A stretch of 64,000 bases of DNA, taken from contig OZ024741.1 of assembly GCA_964016885.1 (NCBI GenBank), positions 416,206,001-416,270,000 on the forward strand, in the 5' to 3' direction. Source of the stretch: Eledone cirrhosa (lineage: Eukaryota). Below the pieces are notes generated by a model. It made no database searches. It was not told where the DNA came from and saw nothing but the letters and a program-made list of their open reading frames with translations. The position numbers were made by a program, and so were the translations under genes. Below are positions 56,100 through 64,000 of this stretch, piece by piece (positions within the stretch are counted from its first letter, which is position 1; every line of letters begins with the position of its first letter).

Positions 56100-59000
56100 T
56101 GACCAGGACTATTACCTACAGTTGTCTTAACTCTTTAGTTACCAACCTGGTCAACACTGACCAGCACTATTACCTACAGTTGTCTTAACCCTTTAGTTAC
56201 CAACCTGGTCAACACTGACCAGGACTATTACCTACAGTTGTCTTAACCCTTTAGTTTCCTACCTGGTCAACACTGACCAGGACTATTACCTAAAGTTGTT
56301 TTAACCGTTTAGTTACCAACCTGGTCAACACTGACCAGGACTATTACCTACAGTTGTTTTAACCCTTTAGTTACCAACCTGGTCAACACTGACCAGGACT
56401 ATTACCTACAGTTGTCTTAACCCTTTAGTTACCAACCTGGTCAACACAGACCAGGACTATTACCTACAGTTGTCTTAACCCTTTAGTTACCAACCTGGTC
56501 AACACTGACCAGGACTATTACCTACAGTTGTCTTAACCCTTTAGTTACCAACCTGGTCAACACTAACCAGGACTATTACCTATGGTTGTCTTAACCCTTT
56601 AGTTTCCAACCTAGTCAACACTGACCAGGAATATTACCTACAGTTGTCTTAACCCTTTAGTTACCAACCTGGTCAACACTGACCAGGACTATTACCTACA
56701 GTTGTCTTAACCCTTTAGTTAACAACCTGGTCAACACTGACGAGGACTATTACCTACAGTTTTCTTAACCCTTTAGTTACCAACCTGGTCAACACTGACC
56801 AGGACTATTACCTACAGTTGTCTTAACCCTTTAGTTACCAACCTGGTCAACACTGACCAGCACTATTACCTACAGTTGTCTTAACCCTTTAGTTACCAAC
56901 CTGGTCAACACTGACCAGGACTATTACCTACAGTTGTCTTAACCCTTTAGTTACCAACCTGGTCAACACTGACCAGCACTATTACCTACAGTTGTCTTAA
57001 CCCTTTAGTTACCAACCTGGTCAACACTGACCAGCACTATTACCTACAGTTGTCTTAACCCTTTAGTTTCCAACCTGGTCAACACTGACCAGGACTATTA
57101 CCTACAGTTGTCTTAACCCTTTAGTTACTAACCTGGTCAACACTGACCAGCACTATTACCTACAGTTGTCTTAACCCTTTAGTTACCAACCTGGTCAACA
57201 CTGACCAGGACTATTACCTACAGTTGTCTTAACCCTTTAGTTTCCAACCTGGTCAACACTGACCAGGACTATTACCTACAGTTGTCTTAACCCTTTAGTT
57301 ACCAACCTGGTCAACACTGACCAGCACTATTACCTACAGTTGTCTTAACCCTTTAGTTACCAACCTGGTCAACACTGACCAGCACTATTACCTACAGTTG
57401 TCTTAACCCTTTAGTTTCCAACCTGGTCAACACTGACCAGGACTATTACCTACAGTTGTCTTAACCCTTTAGTTACCAACCTGGTCAACACTGACCAGCA
57501 CTATTACCTACAGTTGTCTTAACCCTTTAGTTACCAACCTGGTCAACACTGACCAGCACTATTACCTACAGTTGTCTTAACCCTTTAGTTTCCAACCTGG
57601 TCAACACTGACCAGGACTATTACCTACAGTTGTCTTAACCCTTTAGTTACCAACCTGGTCAACACTGACCAGCACTATTACCTACAGTTGTCTTAACCCT
57701 TTAGTTACCAACCTGGTCAACACTCACCAGCACTATTACCTACAGTTGTCTTAACCCTTTAGTTTCCAACCTGGTCAACACTGACCAGGACTATTACCTA
57801 CAGTTTTCTTAACCCTTTAGTTTCCAACCTGGTCAACACTGACCAGGACTATTACGTACAGTTGTCTTAACCCTTTAGTTACCAACCTGGTCAACACTGC
57901 CCAGCACTATTACGTACAGTTGTCTTAACCCTTTAGTTTCCAACCTGGTAAACACTGACCAGGACTATTACCTACAGTTGTCTTAACCCTTTAGTTACCA
58001 ACCTGGTCAACACTGACCAGGACTATAACCTACAGTTGTTTTAACCCTTTAGTTACCAACCTGGTCAACACTGACCAGGACTATTACCTACAGTTGTCTT
58101 AACCCTTTAGTTTCCTACCTGGTCAACACTGACCAGGACTATTACCTAAAGTTGTTTTAACCGTTTAGTTACCAACCTGGTCAACACTGACCAGGACTAT
58201 TACCTACAGTTGTCTTAACTCTTTAGTTACCAACCTGGTCAACACTGACCAGCACTATTACCTACAGTTGTCTTAACCCTTTAGTTACCAACCTGGTCAA
58301 CACTGACCAGGACTATTACCTACAGTTGTCTTAACCCTTTAGTTTCCTACCTGGTCAACACTGACCAGGACTATTACCTAAAGTTGTTTTAACCGTTTAG
58401 TTACCAACCTGGTCAACACTGACCAGGACTATTACCTACAGTTGTTTTAACCCTTTAGTTACCAACCTGGTCAACACTGACCAGGACTATTACCTACAGT
58501 TGTCTTAACCCTTTAGTTACCAACCTGGTCAACACAGACCAGGACTATTACCTACAGTTGTCTTAACCCTTTAGTTACCAACCTGGTCAACACTGACCAG
58601 GACTATTACCTACAGTTGTCTTAACCCTTTAGTTACCAACCTGGTCAACACTAACCAGGACTATTACCTATGGTTGTCTTAACCCTTTAGTTTCCAACCT
58701 AGTCAACACTGACCAGGACTATTACCTACAGTTGTCTTAACCCTTTAGTTAACAACCTGGTCAACACTGACGAGGACTATTACCTACAGTTTTCTTAACC
58801 CTTTAGTTACCAACCTGGTCAACACTGACCAGGACTATTACCTACAGTTGTCTTAACCCTTTAGTTACCAACCTGGTCAACACTGACCAGCACTATTACC
58901 TACAGTTGTCTTAACCCTTTAGTTACCAACCTGGTCAACACTGACCAGGACTATTACCTACAGTTGTCTTAACCCTTTAGTTACCAACCTGGTCAACACT

Positions 59001-60240
59001 GACCAGCACTATTACCTACAGTTATCTTAACCCTTTAGTTACCAACCTGGTCAACACTGACCAGCACTATTACCTACAGTTGTCTTAACCCTTTAGTTTC
59101 CAACCTGGTCAACACTGACCAGGACTATTACCTACAGTTGTCTTAACCCTTTAGTTACTAACCTGGTCAACACTGACCAGCACTATTACCTACAGTTGTC
59201 TTAACCCTTTAGTTACCAACCTGGTCAACACTGACCAGGACTATTACCTACAGTTGTCTTAACCCTTTAGTTTCCAACCTGGTCAACACTGACCAGGACT
59301 ATTACCTACAGTTGTCTTAACCCTTTAGTTACCAACCTGGTCAACACTGACCAGCACTATTACCTACAGTTGTCTTAACCCTTTAGTTACCAACCTGGTC
59401 AACACTGACCAGCACTATTACCTACAGTTGTCTTAACCCTTTAGTTTCCAACCTGGTCAACACTGACCAGGACTATTACCTACAGTTGTCTTAACCCTTT
59501 AGTTACCAACCTGGTCAACACTGACCAGCACTATTACCTACAGTTGTCTTAACCCTTTAGTTACCAACCTGGTCAACACTGACCAGCACTATTACCTACA
59601 GTTGTCTTAACCCTTTAGTTTCCAACCTGGTCAACACTGACCAGGACTATTACCTACAGTTGTCTTAACCCTTTAGTTACCAACCTGGTCAACACTGACC
59701 AGCACTATTACCTACAGTTGTCTTAACCCTTTAGTTACCAACCTGGTCAACACTGACCAGCACTATTACCTACAGTTGTCTTAACCCTTTAGTTTCCAAC
59801 CTGGTCAACACTGACCAGGACTATTACCTACAGTTTTCTTAACCCTTTAGTTTCCAACCTGGTCAACACTGACCAGGACTATTACCTACAGTTGTCTTAA
59901 CCCTTTAGTTACCAACCTGGTCAACACTGCCCAGCACTATTACGTACAGTTGTCTTAACCCTTTAGTTTCCAACCTGGTAAACACTGACCAGGACTATTA
60001 CCTACAGTTGTCTTAACCCTTTAGTTACCAACCTGGTCAACACTGACCAGGACTATAACCTACAGTTGTTTTAACCCTTTAGTTACCAACCTGGTCAACA
60101 CTGACCAGGACTATTACCTACAGTTGTCTTAACCCTTTAGTTTCCTACCTGGTCAACACTGACCAGGACTATTACCTAAAGTTGTTTTAACCGTTTAGTT
60201 ACCAACCTGGTCAACACTGACCAGGACTATTACCTACAGT
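56100..60240. repeat. Recent ~2.03-2.09-kb (35-36 monomer) tandem duplication
   Basis: TTAACTCTTT variant base 56132/58220 (2088 = 36x58); AACAACC..GACGAGG 56721/58751 and CTGCCCAGC 57897/59927 (2030 = 35x58). Confidence 0.87.
57231..57752. repeat. 174-bp trimeric higher-order repeat x3 ([TTTCC..CAGG][TTACC..CAGC][TTACC..CAGC])
   Basis: TTTCC/CAGG monomers start at 57231, 57405, 57579 and 57753, each of the first three followed by two CAGC monomers. The same pattern occurs near 50460-50800, 51785-52130, 54745-55090 and 59261-59782. Confidence 0.85.
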
Positions 60241-63200
60241 TGTTTTAACCCTTTAGTTACCAACCTGGTCAACACTGACCAGGACTATTACCTACAGTTG
60301 TCTTAACCCTTTAGTTACCAACCTGGTCAACACTAACCAGGACTATTACCTATAGTTGTCTTAACCCTTTAGTTTCCAACCTAGTCAACACTGACCAGGA
60401 CTATTACCTACAGTTGTCTTAACCCTTTAGTTACCAACCTGGTCAACACTGACCAGGACTATTACCTACAGTTGTCTTAACCCTTTAGTTACCAACCTGG
60501 TCAACACTGACCAGCACTATTACCTACAGTTGTCTTAACCCTTTAGTTACCAACCTGGTCAACACTGACCAGCACTATTACCTACAGTTGTCTTAACCCT
60601 TTAGTTTCCAACCTGGTCAACACTGACCAGGACTATTACCTACAGTTGTCTTAACCCTTTAGTTACCAACCTGGTCAACACTGACCAGCACTATTACCTA
60701 CAGTTGTCTTAACCCTTTAGTTACTAACCTGGTCAACACTGACCAGGACTATTACCTACAGTTGTCGTTACCCTTTAGTTACCAACCTGGTCAACACTAA
60801 CCAGGACTATTACCTATAGTTGTCTTAACCCTTTAGTTTCTAACCTGGTCTACACAGACCAAGACTTGCCTACAGTTGTCTTAACCCTTTAGTTTCCAAC
60901 CTGGTCAACACTGACCAAGACTTACCTACAGTTGTCTTAACCCTTTAGTTACCAACCTGGTCAACACTGACCAAGACTTACCTACAGTTGTCTTAACCCT
61001 TTAGTTACCAACCTGGTCAACACTGACCAGCACTATTACCTACAGTTGTCTTAACCCTTTAGTTTCCAACCTGGTCAACACTGACCAGGACTATTACCTA
61101 CAGTTGTCTTAACCCTTTAGTTACCAACCTGGTCAACACTGACCAGCACTATTACCTACAGTTGTCTTAACCCTTTAGTTACCAACCTGGTCAACACTGA
61201 CCAGCACTATTACCTACAGTTGTCTTAACCCTTTAATTTCCAACCTGGTCAACACTTACCAGGACTATTACCTACAGTTGTCTTAACCCTTTAGTTTCCA
61301 ACCTGGTCAACACTGACCAGGACTATTACCTAGAGTTGTCTTAACCCTTTAGTTACCAACCTGGTCAACACTGACCAGCACTATTACCTACAGTTGTCTT
61401 AACCATTTAGTTACCAACCTGGTCAACACTGACCAGCACTATTACCTACAGTTGTCTTAACCCTTTAGTTTCCAACCTGGTCAACACTGACCAGGACTAT
61501 TACCTACAGTTTTCTTAACTCTTTAGTTTCCAACCTGGTCAACACTGACCAGGACTATTACCTACAGTTGTCTTAACCCTTTAGTTACCAACCTGGTCAA
61601 CACTGACCAGCACTATAACCTACAGTTGTTTTAACCCTTTAGTTACCAACCTGGTCAACACTGACCAGGACTATTACCTACAGTTGTCTTAACCCTTTAG
61701 TTTCCTACCTGGTCAACACTGACCAGGACTATTACCTAAAGTTGTTTTAACCGTTTAGTTACCAACCTGGTCAACACTGACCAGGACTATTACCTACAGT
61801 TGTTTTAACCCTTTAGTTACCAACCTGGTCAACACTGACCAGGACTATTACCTACAGTTGTCTTAACCCTTTAGTTACCAACCTGGTCAACACAGACCAG
61901 GACTATTACCTACAGTTGTCTTAACCCTTTAGTTACCAACCTGGTCAACACTGACCAGGACTATTACCTACAGTTGTCTTAACCCTTTAGTTACCAACCT
62001 GGTCAAAACTAACCAGGACTATTACCTATAGTTGTCTTAACCCTTTAGTTTCCAACCTAGTCAACACTGATCAGGACTATTACCTACAGTTGTCTTAACC
62101 CTTTAGTTACCAACCTGGTCAACACTGACCAGGACTATTACCTACAGTTGTCTTAACCCTTTAGTTACCAACCTGGTCAACACTGACCAGGACTATTACC
62201 TACAGTTTTCTTAACCCTTTAGTTACCAACCTGGTCAACACTGACCAGGACTATTACCTACAGTTGTCTTAACCCTTTAGTTACCAACCTGGTCAACACT
62301 GACCAGCACTATTACCTACAGTTGTCTTAACCCTTTAGTTACCAACCTGGTCAACACTGACCAGCACTATTACCTACAGTTGTCTTAACCCTTTAGTTTC
62401 CAACCTGGTCAACACTGACCAGGACTATTACCTACAGTTGTCTTAACCCTTTAGTTACCAACCTGGTCAACACTGACCAGCACTATTACCTACAGTTGTC
62501 TTAACCCTTTAGTTACCAACCTGGTCAACACTGACCAGCACTATTACCTACAGTTGTCTTAACCCTTTAGTTTCCAACCTGGTCAACACTGACCAGGACT
62601 ATTACCTACAGTTGTCTTAACCCTTTAGTTACTAACCTGGTCAACACTGACCAGCACTATTACCTACAGTTGTCTTAACCCTTTAGTTACCAACCTGGTC
62701 AACACTGACCAGCCCTATTACCTACAGTTGTCTTAACCCTTTAGTTTCCAACCTTGTCAACACTGACCAGGACTATTACCTACAGTTGTCTTAACCCTTT
62801 AGTTACCAACCTGGTCAACACTGACCAGCACTATTACCTACAGTTGTCTTAACCCTTTAGTTACCAACCTGGTCAACACTGACCAGCACTATTACCTACA
62901 GTTGTCTTAACCCTTTAGTTACCAACCTGGTCAACACTGACCAGCACTATTACCTACAGTTGTCTTAACCCTTTAGTTACCAACCTGGTCAACACTGACC
63001 AGCACTATTACCTACAGTTGTCTTAACCCTTTAGTTTCCAACCTGGTCAACACTTACCAGGACTATTACCTACAGTTGTCTTAACCCTTTAGTTTCCAAC
63101 CTGGTCAACACTGACCAGGACTATTACCTACAGTTGTCTTAACCCTTTAGTTACCAACCTGGTCAACACTGACCAGGACTATTACCTACAGTTGTCTTAA

Positions 63201-64000
63201 CCCTTTAGTTACCAACCTGGTCAACACTGACCAGGACTATTACCTACAGTTGTCGTTACCCTTTAGTTACCAACCTGGTCAACACTAACCAGGACTATTA
63301 CCTATAGTTGTCTTAACCCTTTAGTTTCTAACCTGGTCTACACAGACCAAGACTTGCCTACAGTTGTCTTAACCCTTTAGTTTCCAACCTGGTCAACACT
63401 GACCAAGACTTACCTACAGTTGTCTTAACCCTTTAGTTACCAACCTGGTCAACACTGACCAGCACTATTACCTACAGTTGTCTTAACCCTTTAGTTTCCA
63501 AACTGGTCAACACTGACCAAGTCTTACCTACAGTTGTCTTAACCCTTTAGTTTCCAACCTGGTCAACACTGACCAAGACTATTACCTACAGTTGTCTTAA
63601 CCCTTTAGTTACCAACCTGGTCAACACTGACCAGCACTATTACCTACAGTTGTCTTAACCCTTTAGTTACCAACCTGGTCAACACTGACCAGCACTATTA
63701 CCTACAGTTGTCTTAACCCTTTAGTTTCCAACCTGGTCAACACTGACCAGGACTATTACCTACAGTTGTCTTAACCCTTTAGTTACCAACCTGGTCAACA
63801 CTGACCAGCACTATTACCTACAGTTGTCTTAACCCTTTAGTTACCAACCTGGTCAACACTGACCAGCACTATTACCTACAGTTGTCTTAACCCTTTAGTT
63901 ACCAACCTGGTCAACACTGACCAGCACTATTACCTACAGTTGTCTTAACCCTTTAGTTACCAACCTGGTCAACACTGACCAGCACTATTACCTACAGTTG

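Larger units (their letters stand above)
1..64000. repeat. 58-bp tandem satellite array, ~1,100 head-to-tail monomers, single orientation, extends past both window edges
   Basis: The unit AACCCTTTAGTTACCAACCTGGTCAACACTGACCAGGACTATTACCTACAGTTGTCTT recurs every 58 nt (starts at 1, 59, 117...). Most copies differ by only a few substitutions. Length variants of 56 bp (ACTATTACC>ACTTACC) and 59 bp (TTAACCC>TTAAACCC) are present. No non-repeat insertion or inversion was seen. Confidence 0.99.
44324..64000. repeat. Right sub-family domain (including a ~44.3-46.3 kb transition zone)
   Basis: From ~46330 it is dominated by CCAGCACTATTACCTACAG monomers. Private markers: TTTCCTACC+CCTAAAG followed by AACCGTT, TCTACACAGACCAAGACTTGCC, TACGTAC, GACGAGG, CTATGG. 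No 59-bp monomers were seen. Confidence 0.9.

Noticed and set aside
1-64000. CRISPR array (palindromic repeat with regular period)
   Set aside because: There are no unique spacers: the sequence between hairpins is as conserved as the hairpin. No leader or cas genes are present.
1-64000. Repetitive protein-coding ORF
   Set aside because: The plus strand has TAG (8), TGA (30) and TAA (58) in three different frames of each monomer. The minus strand also has stops in all frames, and 58 is not a multiple of 3.
1-64000. Apparent bias of substitutions toward creating 6-bp palindromes (CAGCTG/CAATTG, ACTAGT/AATATT, GTTAAC/GTCGAC, TGATCA, AGTACT, TACGTA, CTATAG)
   Set aside because: By hand I count 12 of 24 possible palindrome-perfecting changes. 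A large share of all possible substitutions is also present in the array, so I cannot show enrichment without a formal count.
1-64000. Pure technical artefact (rolling-circle amplification concatemer or sequencing noise)
   Set aside because: Variants recur in conserved order at arithmetically consistent offsets, and paralogous blocks carry private differences (at least five between the 4052-bp copies, e.g. GTCGAC at 36523). Individual near-identical duplications still need read-level confirmation.

Overview
The whole 64-kb window is one uninterrupted, head-to-tail satellite DNA array with a single orientation. It holds about 1,100 copies (64000/58) of a 58-bp monomer, consensus AACCCTTTAGTT(A/T)CCAACCTGGTCAACACTGACCAGGACTATTACCTACAGTTGTCTT, 43% GC, with no CpG in the consensus. 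I see no unique sequence, gene, RNA gene or transposon ORF, and every consensus monomer has stop codons in all six frames. Each monomer carries a perfect 8-bp inverted repeat (CCTGGTCA-acac-TGACCAGG). The information lies in the order of monomer variants. The left domain (1 to ~44.3 kb) is built from nested higher-order duplications with measurable offsets of 117, 697, 1855, ~2000, 3941-4463, 4052 and ~7010-7184 bp, and their relative order can be reconstructed. A singleton-rich seam follows (~44.3-46.3 kb). The right domain uses a different variant set, and a 3x58 = 174-bp (nucleosome-scale) unit appears to be emerging there. I cannot assign the organism or a named satellite family. Eukaryotic (peri)centromeric or subtelomeric heterochromatin is the most likely context, but this is inference. 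Breakpoints were read by eye and are accurate to about one monomer.
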